Shown piece by piece: positions 39,132 through 52,300 of a stretch of DNA of 64,000 nucleotides. The stretch is from Trichoplax adhaerens (lineage: Eukaryota; Animalia; Placozoa). Every line of letters starts with the position of its first letter. Positions within the stretch are counted from its first letter, which is position 1. Location: contig NW_002060949.1 of NCBI RefSeq assembly GCF_000150275.1, positions 1,237,836-1,301,835 on the forward strand, read 5' to 3'. The translations under genes and the position numbers were made by a program. A model generated the notes under the pieces. It made no database searches. It was not told where the DNA came from and saw only the letters and a program-made list of their open reading frames with translations.

Positions 39132-42100
39132 GGGTAAGCAAAGGTTGGATATTATTCAAATGGTCCATTTTTGTCATTTCCAGATGGGTGTCCGGCCGTC
39201 CGTTTTTCAAGTGGCAGACATGGTCACTTAGTCAGTCTGTACTGTACAGTGTACAGTACCAGTCGATTACTCAACAGTACTGTACACTGTAGACTAGCCA
39301 ATCTGTAAACAAACAACTCCAAATTGTAGTAGTAGCAGCAGTCCATCATCGTCAACAATTTTTTTCCTTTTAAAGTAGATCGCGGAAGAGCATTTTTGGA
39401 TAGTCTATTTTTCTTGACTTCTTGACAGATTTCATTGACAAAATTGGTAAAGACAAGCATGGCTTATGTTGGTGGTGCATGGCGTACATCAGGTTATGTT
39501 TGGCGAAAAACGGAGAACGGTTGGAAAACAGTCGATGCTACTCGTGTGACGATGACGTAAGTACTGTCGATCACAGAAAGATCCAAGATGGATTTACTCT
39601 CGACTCTATTTTCATCCACTATCTTCATCGTTTTCATCACAAATAGAGGATTTAGAAAAATGAAAAGTACTCTGTTCTGTTGTTCTTACGATAGAGTTGT
39701 ATTGGTACTTTAAACGATGAAACCCAATAAATAATAATATTACTTTACTATGCCGTGTTATTGCGCCAAATGAATCAATGGATTCGTTCTCCAAAGTAAG
39801 ATAGTCAATCCATTCAGTCATGGTCCGACTCATGGACGAATAGAAATAGACTTGACTTTCTGTCCATTCTACAGAACAGAATCTATTTCCCTAGATACTA
39901 TATGGGTATTTTTAATGCTAGAAATGAAAAAGAAATGATGGAACGTGAATGAATTGAATAGAGCGATCCATTATTTCCATACCAAGTTCCGATGGATCGC
40001 TCGCTATCTTACCGTCTTCGTAATATTATTATCATTTTTTAGCGATTGTTCACTTGAAATCGAATCGTAATTATCGCCCTACTGTAATACTATAGAATGG
40101 ATCATTTCAAAGGGAAGTATACACACCGAATGAGTAATTCACATACGATTAAGAATGACTAAAAGGGATAAAACAACCTTGAACACTTCATTAAGAAATT
40201 GGACAGAAATAACATTATATAATACAATACAGCGTATTGATACATTCATAATAACGCATCCATACTACAGTATATAGTGTACTGTATAGTTTCTTCTATC
40301 CAATGAAGTACACTGCATACTATATAGAAGAGACAGCATTAAAAGTCAATCCAACTGATTACTTTGAGGCTTTCTCGTTCAACATTGTAACTAGTAAATT
40401 AACTTCTATTCATAATTGAAAGTTGTACACCATGCTAAATATGAATTTTAAACGATAAGGCATATGGACTACTATCGCGGTAAATTAAACTAATACTTAC
40501 TAGCCGACAGTAGTAACGACCGCTGTCGTTAGAACTTGAAAAGACCACTCTACTCCCTCTAATAGAGTACTGTACATTCATCTTAATCACGAAATAATAA
40601 TAAACCAATTAAAAGAGAATGACAGGGTGGTTTCGTCAAGAGGATACTTATATGGATCGTCATAGATTGTCCTTAATGATAATGCATTATCCAAAAAAGT
40701 ACATTCCTATCTCACCCATAATTCAATTAAACTAGATTAAATTTAATTCAATTCTGATAAACGTAATTCGTGTTTGCAATACAGGACTAAGTAACTTGGC
40801 TTTCAGTAGATAATTACAATCAATACAGCGCTATATATCCAACGATGAGAATAGCACAGACAGACATATTATGTCTCATCGATCATGATTTAGGATCATG
40901 AATAATAATGTTACGATAACAGATGATAACGGATTAATAGCACCGACTGTAAAAAAATTGTACTGACAATGCTACTTATAGTATACCAATATTCATTGAT
41001 AAAATTATCATCAATTTAATACAATTAAACGATGATCATATAAGATTGCTATTCATTGTCTACAACTCTTCCATACTGCTGTAAACGATATTCATATCTT
41101 TGCAAATATACGCGTATATTAAGAATGAATGATAATATACCCAGCTCGCGAAATCGGCCTCCTAGTATGTTATATCGTCGAACCCATAATCTAAAATAGT
41201 CCAAAGATTTCTTGTACTGTTTCTCTATCAATTTATTAATAGTGACTATCATACGATTATTCTAATGGCACAATGCAGTATTTGCTAAATTATATACTGA
41301 TTCTTATAGCATCTCAGCAATAATATTTAGTTATAATACATACAGTACAATCACTTATTAATACTTTATTCAGTACAATACGCGTATCATATATCGTTTT
41401 TACAATAGTTCTAATCGAGATTTCACGTATACAGTAACTACAATTTTATGTCTGCCACAACTAGTGTTATAGCATTGATATCTTCTATCGTACGAGAAAG
41501 ATTCTGTTTATTATCAATACTTTGTTATATAATTAGCGAATAGAACATCTATAACCGATTATAATGTTCAATCTTCTATCGACGGTCTCAGACCTCGCAA
41601 TAATTAAGATATCTGCTAAAATTAATCGTAAAAAGTACGCCTAAATCTGAATTATTGATCCTTTTATTAGCGTACTATCAATCGCATTAGTGAAAAGCTA
41701 ATCAATATGTAAGATAGAAATTTCCATTCTGGTATGATGGATTTAACAAGTACCACAAGCTTACGTTACGTTATCATAGTATTCGTATTTTTGTTGAATA
41801 TTGATAGTGGTAAAACACATCATTATCTTCTTGCTCATCAAAGATATATCACGTGCTAAAATCTACGTATCATTATGCATTATTCTATGTTATACAGAAA
41901 CCCGAAAGAACAACCATCTTTACCAGCAAAAACTGGAAAGAATGAAAGTGATGGTAGGAATCCCAGTAATCTAATTATTTGATACATACCGAATAATAAC
42001 TACAATTTTTTTCTTAATGATATCTTTTTTCAAAGTAAATCAGCCCACCCGTTACATTTCAATTTTCAGAAATAGCCGAGAGGTTAGCAATAGCGCAGTA

Positions 42101-45100
42101 AGAATCATAAAATCGTGATCGCCATAGCTTAATATGCACGAGTTATACAGACTGATATGATAGCACAGTAATTGTAGTTCTGTAAGGAAATACAGGATAA
42201 CAAATATACTCTTAAAATTCTAATTTCATAATAAGTAATTTAGGATAAAAGAAATGAGACTTGGCATTGCTTGATTCTCTCTTCCTTATTTTAATCATAG
42301 CTCTCTTATTATCGTTCGCTTGGTGATGTCATGGACAAGTTAGATTTAAATGGAGCATTGCACGATTATAGTCGATTTCTATACGTCTGTAAAGTAAGTA
42401 AAATTAAACGTAAAATTTTCAACTCTTGAGTTAAAAATGAAGTGATTCATTTCCTCGCGTGTATAATTAGTAACTTATCAAGCATTAGATATACCACAGA
42501 GATTATAACTCAACTATTTAAATTCGATCTAATTCAACTATTACCGCTTACGCCTTGTATTCTAGAACAACCTATACTTTAATATTTGTTTTGCACAGTT
42601 GCTCTCTGCTTATTGTGGTAATTTGTTAGAGTTTAAATAATATATCAGATGAATACATTATGGCAAATATTTCGCTTAGAATCTTTCCTACAACTTCTTA
42701 CTATAAAGCTATGCTTAGGTTACTACTTACATATAATCACTATGGGAATTACTTAGTACTATAGCTACCGTATTAAAACTACTGTACTGTGTTGAATTTA
42801 TTAATCAAATCTCTATTTCGCAACATCACTATATAATGCTAAAATTATAAAGTTTAATTGATATTTACATATTCCAGTATCAATAATTTTAAAAACTAAT
42901 TGCAATTCTGCTTATTTTTGATTACTCGATGATTCAAAACCAATTAATTGTACCGCAAGATTATCCAAGAAATTGTCGAACATAAACTATTATCGCTTGG
43001 AAGTTCATCTCTGACATATCTGTATAATTTGATTGATAACGCAGTAAAATTAGGTATATATTTTATAAGCAACGATAATAGAATTGTGCAATCACCTATG
43101 CCTTAAATAATAACGATAGTAATTTCCACATCAATATAGCTTTACAGTGGCACGCTTTCAGGTTGCATGTCAGGCGGTTAATAAATATCACGGTGAAGAT
43201 AATTGAGAAAGGTATACTTACCAGAGATTCGGGATATTATATAAAGTAACAATAAGTTTATACATCTATTTCACTAACTGAAAGGTATCACATTTCTTCT
43301 TTTTATAAATAATCTTATCTCAGAATACTATCACTTAATTGGCAGTTTAACTGTTTGGAAAGATAGATTAAAACATCTCCGACAATGTGAACTAAAGCTA
43401 ACTAATGATGGGGTAATCATCCTAAATATTTAGTTATACTGGTTGTTTTTGATTTACTTATTGCTTATTACAAAAAATATCTTAGGTTAACATTTCTTCG
43501 GAAAATGATCATTTGCAATTGATGGATATTCCTGACGATTGTCTTCAATACATTATACTATTTCTCTCTGATCACCGAGACATAATATCACTATCGGGTG
43601 TGAATAAGTAGGTTACCAAATTTGTCAATTACTTAAAACTTGGCCCAATTCCAGTTTATCGTTAGTGCACTAAATAAGAAATGATTTTCGTTATAAATCA
43701 TTTTAAAAAATCAGGCGATTGAATTATTTCACTAATGAATCGTACACTTGGAGAAAGCTTTGTCAGTATCACTTCAGGAAAGAAGAGGTAATTACACGTA
43801 CTTCAGCAGTTATTATATGGCATTTCTAAATTAAACATATCATTATATTTACCATTCGGCTATGAAAGGATTTTTTATCATGAATATATAAGCGCTTTGT
43901 AACATTGCGTACTATTAACCAGTATAATATTTCACTTACGTAGATTGAAAAGTATTCCGAAAAGGATTACGATTGGAAAAGTATTTTTAAGATCTTGTAT
44001 AAGTAGGTTATTCTATTTATTTAAAATATCTCGCTAAGAGGTATTTGTGAGATAGCCTTACGCGCTGTACTGCTGTTAAATTTTTCCTGATTAATTTCAG
44101 CTTTACTTATTCTCATTTCAACTCATCACAGAAAATATGGAATTCGACAAGACTCAGAATGCAAACCTTTATATCTCTGTGATCAATGTGGATTTGTTTA
44201 TTGGCAGGTTAGTTAGACATGATATATTCTTAGCCTCATTATGTTAATATTTGCCACTTTAATGAGTCGGCACCATGCGAAATTTTTGATAACGTAATAG
44301 GCTAAAGTTGGATTACCGTTTCCTGTACAATCAATCACTTCCCCTAGATACCTTGTTAGCATTGTATTGGGATATTAGCAATCAAAAATTAATTTATATT
44401 CACTGTCTCTTAATTTTAATCTAGAAATATGGACACCCTTGCTCATCTATAATCGATTTCGCCGGTGCTTGCACGCCTCTTACAGCAAGGAAACTAATAA
44501 GTCTATTTTCTACATAATTAAAATTATTCGATACAATTCTAAATTGTTTTCATTACTCGTTTACATCCCATATCAATTTTTAAAATCTCGAATTTAAAAC
44601 ATTTATTGTTACTATTAATTTCTTCACGGAAAAAGTCATTTTTATGTGTTTTGCAAGAAATTCTCTCACTATTATCCGAATATATGCCATGCCCATTATT
44701 ATAAACTATCGAATTCGAAACATTTATTACAATTAGTCTTAATTTCCTTGCTCGAAAGGTCTTTATGACTTTAATTTATGAACCTTCTTCGTCATAAAAT
44801 ACGTGATATAAATTATGCAGTCATAGTAACATCCAGATATTCGTTACATTATTACATTCCATTACTCTCTTGTACATCAATAAATAGAATTAATAATAAG
44901 AGAGCGAATTTGCTCAAAGATTTAAAATAACTATAAAATATCGTGGCAAATATTTTCCATGTACAGTATGTAATAATTTTAGGCAATTTCTTTCTACCAT
45001 ATCGTCTGTAACATTCCAAATTTATAATTATTGGTAAAAACTATGCTAATTACTACACCGTTCCAAAGAAAATAAACTAGTAAAATCTAATTCTAACTCT

Positions 45101-45267
45101 ATTAACATATATTGTATCATCGAGTAATTTTATACTACATATACTTCGTAAGTTAATAATGATATTTAATATATCATTTAAATTACGTAACGGTAAATTT
45201 TGTATCGTAGTTGGTTTGAGACAAAACGATCTGATACAGAAGTATTAAATTGCTATAAGATATTAAG

Positions 45268-48200
45268 TTACGAAGATTTAGAATCTCGACGAATTTTCCT
45301 AAGGCTATAGCGATGTCTTCTAGAACCCTTATGAGCTAATAAATAAATTCATTGAATGAACATTTTATCGTGATAAGATAGTATAACATGTATTAAATAT
45401 ATCATACACCTGCTCTAATTCTTATTCAAATACTGTACCTATCCAAGATTTCTCTCCTATTACAGTAACATTACATAAATCACACGTGAATCGTTGTAAT
45501 CTGTTACTGATCTCCGAGTAACCTGTATATTTCCTTACTGGTGATTCTGTAGGTGTTTTACCCTACAAAAGAATTAATTCACATTCAGTAAGTATTGTTT
45601 GATAAGCAACAAATGCTTGATTGTAGCGTAACGTCTGTAGTTTATTCAAATAATAGAATGCAAATTGTACTTCGATCAGAGCTTTGGTAATAGAGACTGA
45701 TCTCTCCAATATTTCAGATTTCAAACTATTAGGGGTAACATCAAATGAATAAATTGCTGGTACATTATCGGATGGTCCTAAAGATATTAATTCAAATAAA
45801 AAATATTTTTCACTTAAAAAAATTTCATCGATTATAATTATAAACTATAAATAATTACCTAACATAATCTTTTTACAGTATATAAGTACAGTAGCTACAT
45901 CATGAACAACTTTGTTATTAAAGTCTAGAATATACTAACTTCTATAAAATCGATTTTCTATCCATTTTCTCTAAAATGAAATTGATACGCGAGATTATAT
46001 TTTCAATTCCAAAAAAATACTTTGTAACGGACCGACTTCGCATAAACACATGTATGCCTGCTTATATTATATCTGTCATATATACGAATTTTAAATTATT
46101 TTATATAAATTAGAGCATTACCTGAATCTTTGAGTACCGCTTAGTTGCTTGTTTAAACATTAAGATACATTCATCCAATACTTTCCGGTGGGGATTATTA
46201 TGGTCTGTTGTTACAATATTTATCACTAACCGTACTTTGATACACATACATATAATCACTACTATATGGTATAGGTAATGCGATTTTCAACCAATGATAT
46301 TTTCTTAGAATACAGCTTAAGGTGTGGTCAAAAATTGCAATAAATCGACGCCTTAACAAGCCAACAAACCTTTTGTATCTAAAGAGCATTCTTCTTTTTC
46401 TATAAGTTGAAGGTATGGCATAAACTGCTTAAAGCCGATACTTTGAAATAAGCCTATTTCAGTATTGACCGGCCTAGCGTAAAGGTAAAAGTAAAATAGC
46501 AATATCAGTTGTAGCGAAATATCTGCCATATAAGTTATCAACACAAATGAACTTGTTACTATACGTATTTGGGATATAGTGTGAAATACTACATATCGTA
46601 TAATATAATACAGGACATAGGTCAACATCATTCAAAATAGTAGCACAATGTAAGCTAGGTACTGCTAGTCAGAAAGTGAAATAATCAATGAAACCCACAC
46701 ATAACAACTTAATTAATTATAACACCAGCGCTTACGATCTGCTGAATATAATTATCGTTACTTACCTACTGCCCGAATGTACTTGCCAATCCTGATAAAA
46801 AGTATACAGTTCCCGTAGAAGGCCTTTTTCAATCATTTCATCACATCTCGCATCTAATTTTTGATCTAAAACTAACAGGATTGATGAATGACAAGCCTCA
46901 AGTTTGCTTTCATAGAATCTAGTTTAATATAGAAGTAAGTATCTGAAGAGATCAACATGAATCACAGCTGAATTATAATGCGTATCTATACGAAGTTCTG
47001 CATATGGCTATCAGACAATACCAGTTAGATCACTTTTAATATTTGCATATTACCATTTTGATCGCATTCCAATAAAAATATAGCAGCAGATGAAAATCTT
47101 AACGGTCCTGAATAGAAACTTCCACCAGGTTGTTGTCGCTGACGTTCTATGTAGCTACTATGTTTGACTTGATTCCTTTTTATAATTTCTAAACTTCTAT
47201 TGTTACATTAAGAAGATTCAGCACATACTGTGGTTTACAATATCTTAATAGATTCACCAATATTGGACAGAAAGCTTCTATCAGTTATACATCAATGTTC
47301 GTACCGTAAAATTTTTCTAGTGTCATTTGGATGTAACATTGCAGCTCTTTCAGGATCTAATAATTTCAATTCTTCGTACGAGTTTGCAGATTTTTTTTCG
47401 GTATCATCAGATAAAGGTTTATTTTGATAATCATTGGCATTAGTTTCATCTGCTGATATATTCTCCTTAAAAGCCAGTTATGGAGATCGTACAGTAAACA
47501 GTTACTGGTAATATACATAATTCGAGTGTTTATATTACGCGTATTTATCGATTTTCCCGATTGTGAATCTGAAGCATTTTAAATCTATTAAATCTAATAC
47601 TTTCTACTGTGTATATTATGGTATTACATATACAGTATAAGTATATATATAAACATCTAAAAGCGAAAAGTTACTTCAATAGATCACTTACTTCCTTTAT
47701 TAAATAATCCCACAATAATGCTTCGATATAATAATTAGTACCACCAACCACTATGGGCAATTTTTGACGCTTCATTATATCTTCAATATATTAATAGTAA
47801 AGGAAATGTCCGCAGGGGTATAAAACTAAGATTAATGATTGCAGTGATCATGAGGTCCATGAAATTAAGAAATGTAATCGTTTATATTATTTCGGTAGCT
47901 TGTTCAGTAATATTAATCAAACAATAATAAAAAAATTTATCTTAGGCCTATATACAGTGGTATTTAATATAAGAGAGGTCGAGAAATTTTACTACAATTG
48001 AGAAAGACTACAGTAACAATAACTTTAAAGATAATAACTATGTGTATGATTTCTTCTTTACATGCATAAACAAAAAACTAACATGTGCACAAGTATAATC
48101 AAGTAAAGGATATAATAGGGAGTGTTTTATCCCTAAATGAGACTACTGTAGAATATTCCGTTGGATGAATGTAGTCCATGCAGTGATGATTACATAACAT

Positions 48201-49326
48201 TCTATCTTCTTTGCTAACTTTATTCGTAAGAATATCCAATCCCTGATAAACCTATAAATAAGAGAAAAATTTTGTCACTTGTTAGGTTGTTGCTGAATAT
48301 TATTATTAGTAAGTAAAGATAATTTTTAGCGCTTAATTGAGATTTTTAGTTGCCAAACACGGTAGTAGGCTTAGGGTTACTTGAAGAACTTCTGAAGACA
48401 TGTAAGCACGTTCTTACATTCGTACTCGTTAACTGTACTGCACCTTAGAGTTGTGTGAAATACTAGTTTACTACATAAGTACAAAATGAAAAACTGTAAA
48501 TGTCACATTCTAAAATAACGTACGTCTTGCAATGGTTTAATGCAAGACGATAGAGTGATAGAGTACTTCTTGAATTAGTCGCCAAGATCTAAACTAGACA
48601 GTACAATAAGTACACCTGTTTACTGTAGCCAGATACTCGTCAAGTATCATACGTATATATATATTATATGTCATACACAATTTCAACTGTAAATTGAGCA
48701 CAGCTGCTGGATTACTCAATCCTAGGATATAGTCGTCTGTGGTACAGTATCATCATCTCAAATATCATGTAAACAGCAAAAAAAAGATGTAAAAGCTGAC
48801 CGATTACAGCGATTTAAAAGTAGCTAAGATACAAATGTTTCATATTTTGTTCTAGCAATGGATGTATGCTTTGATTTAAGCCATTAATTAACTAATTCGA
48901 CAAGAGATTTGTTTAGTGCAATACTGTCCAAGTTTGGTGTTATCCGTTTTCAAATGCAATTCCTTTAGACTCAATATACTTGCTATTCATTGACATCGAC
49001 GAATTGTACTCCATACCATTACACTATCATATGGAAGATAGACTAATCAAAGAGTATCAATCTTTTAATTCCAGTATCGTATTCCTATAAAGAACTGTTT
49101 ATTATTTTCAATTCACTATCGATTAATAATCTTTCACTGAGAATAAAATGTACGTAGTTACTATAACCTGCATCGAATCTGCACTAATAATCTCTCCATT
49201 TAGTTCACAGGCTAGCTTTAAACCCAGAGAGGATTTGCCAGTGCCAGTAGCTCCCATAATGAATATTATAGGCCTACGAGTAGACAATATTTTGCATGTA
49301 TTGCTCATTACTCTGCGTAATAACAT
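45268..49326 (-). CDS. TRIT1: tRNA dimethylallyltransferase (tRNA isopentenyltransferase, MOD5/miaA family), multi-exon
   Basis: Exons give [33 protein letters not shown]|[13 protein letters not shown]...HHCMDYIHP...|[26 protein letters not shown]...LHPNDTRKI...GPLRF...[17 protein letters not shown]...[15 protein letters not shown]...TQRFAKSVRYK. The C-terminal C2H2 zinc finger reads [25 protein letters not shown]; stop at 45270-45268. Confidence 0.96.
47788..48113 (-). other. U12-type intron with AT 5' end and apparent AT 3' end in TRIT1
   Basis: Minus-strand donor ATATCCTTT, branch TTCCTTTAC (47805-47797) and 3' end ...TATTAATAT|ATTGAAGAT. Removal joins KTLPI|IEDIMKR in frame. Confidence 0.8.
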
Positions 49327-52300
49327 CAAGGGACGCAAAATTTCAATTTGCTTCGCGTTGATTTGATTGATAATAATGAATTCTCTTCGTATTTCAACTC
49401 TTCATGAGTCGGATACAAGATGATTTAGTGGTATAATATCGTGTTGAGGAAGCTCAGCAGTCTCGGCTTGACATAGGAAGGAAATTAGTTCACGACTTCA
49501 GTACTCGTATATCTCATTTTGCAGCAGTTGCTTACTGTAAATGTTTCTAGTTACTCTAGACTGAGTTTTACATTGCGCATGTTTCACTATGCGTAGTATA
49601 GTACTGTATCACCAGTACAATACACTACCGTACAGCAATGTATTATACAAATCTCTGCGACTTTGGATTGGATTTATTGCACCTATTCGCTTGAAGAGAA
49701 TGAATAAAATGGTTGGCTACATAGCGGACAGGAAATAACCCTTTACTAAAATGACTAGGCCGACTATTCTACTGATCATTTGAAGTATATAATATGTCTG
49801 CAGCCGTACACCGTACTGTCTAAGGTTATCTGAATAAGCGGCTAGGTTAATGTGCACCTTAGTTTGTACCGTGCACAGTTTCAATGAGACAATATAGGAA
49901 AATGGCCAGAATAGGACTGTCATAAAACTATCAGTCCGTTCTGTTAAGTTCTCAAATTTCCTTTTTTATTTCGTTAACCCAATTTGAAGTATACTATCAC
50001 CACATGCATCAACAACATACCATGAAGAAACTATAATGACTGAACTACATCTACCTTCAAATAAACATCGTGCTGTCAGAATGAGAGTTTTGATAATATT
50101 AATTCATATTATATTCAGTCATGGACTTCGAAGTGGAAATTCTCGGTAAGAAGTTGATGCAATATATACTGGAACATAAATACGCTAACATTTCATCACT
50201 GCAAGCATAAAATACTGTAACTTTATAATCACATCCATACTTGAGATTATAAACTGCATGGATATCATGCTAAATATATTTTTTATTATCACATAATCCA
50301 ATGAGTATATTATAATACGTCTCTGAGCTTTCTGCTAAAGCATCAATTTATAGTAATACTTAGGCTAAAATCGTGCTATGCTAAAGTCTTGCTATATTTT
50401 GATGAGTATCCATGCATTATATAGTATAACATACATTAATACGATGAAAAAATTTTTCCTTCAAGTGTAAAAATAATACTTTGGCTAATTTCACCTAACG
50501 ATTAACTATTCGATTACCTTTACCAGTAACTAAGAAGCAATATCAGTTTAGTTAGGCTAGCATTATCCAATTCGAGATTAGAAACGCTATCATTATTTAT
50601 CCAGTATTATCAGACATAAAAAGACCTTGCAGACCAGATAGGAAAAAAAGCTACAGAGTATTCCTCAAACAGGACAATGAAATATAGCAGCGAAATAGCT
50701 GCACCAAAGTATTTCCCTTCTAGAATTAGTGGTCGGTATACGCGTCTAGGTATATATCCGTTTAACTATCTGTATACTAAACTATCTCGATTTTAATGTT
50801 ACAGATTAATAATGAAGATTGTAGTGCCGTAAGAAATTTAAATGAAATGAAATGCTCTCTATCATTTATTAATTTATCCCGTTATAAGTTCAAAATCGTC
50901 ATGACGTTCATTTGGTGGTATCATACAGTTAATCTTTATCTTGGTACGTGTAAGCCAACAAATCGTTCTACAACTCTATAGCTAAAACTACTGGTATCAA
51001 GATCACCTATCTGAAAGAAGCATTAGCAATGATTCCATTTTCAATTAATATAAATTTAATTCAGCTCGATATTTCATTCTCTGTATCATAAATTAACAAA
51101 TTCAAAAAGGACTAGGTATTGCGTGATGCTATTTCAAAACTGCAATATATAAATGCTTTTATCATGCAGCTATTCAACCTCAGATTGGCGAATTTATCGG
51201 AGACTTAAGAATTTTTTAGAGTATAGAAAGAAATACATAGCTTAATACCGATAATAAATTTTCCAGCTTCAGATTACCGGTACACATCAACATCTCTCAA
51301 TTGCTTATTTTGAAAATTGAAATGAACTTCTAATCTCTTGTAGTAGCTTCAATACTTCGATTCCAGTTAATAATGATGTACTACAAACTAGTAAGTATTA
51401 ATAACCCGCATACCCTATACTGTAAGCCTATTCTCATTGCATAAACTTGAAAATGTAAATATATATATCTATATTATTTAAGGAAGACATAGAATGACGA
51501 TTTTCCTATGATCACACCATTTTAAGTAAAACTATTCTCATAAATAAATTAACTATCTATACAAAATCTTACTTAAACTATCCTAATAATATCATATGAC
51601 TCAAAACGAATTTAATGTACGAAACATACGTTTATAGTATGTGCAACAAGTTGAGAACTTAAACCAATAACATGTTATTTTAAGAGATTATAGAGCTTTG
51701 AATTGTTTTTGTCATATTTAGAAAGAGATTATAGGATTGTTGCAATAGCAATACAGTTCATTTAGTATATTAAGAAGAAAACCTCTGCAATTAATATGCT
51801 TCTATGCTATCACCAGTTTTAAATACATATAACTTTATAGAGTTACTATTCTCTTAATTCAATATGTATCTTCCTGAGGTCGTAATTGCGTCCTAGGCAA
51901 ATTTTTGGAATCATAAAATTTTTGTTTAATAGATGCTACATCTATGTAGGTGCGCTATTAAAAATGTAACTATCCAAGTTACCAATATATCAGTCAAGAT
52001 AGAATAATTTCTAAAATTTTGTAGCACTACAGACCATTGTTCATATATAAGAAATTATTATGACCTCAACTGTTTCATGTATGCCGCACAAAGAATATAT
52101 ATTTATATATTATCCTCATAGTTTATAATGACATCCTAGTTCAACTTATGTAGCAATGTACGCAGTATAAAAAATTGACGACAGTTATTATTGTAAATAC
52201 CCGTATTTTACCTAGTAAATATATTAAATTAATTTTCTGTTAGTAATATATGTATGCGTGTTACGGATTTGCTTTACCGTAAATAAATGTAGATATTTTT

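Noticed and set aside
40200-45200. Short ORFs such as 41049-41252 between laminin and TRIT1
   Set aside because: No conserved motifs or consistent exon chains.
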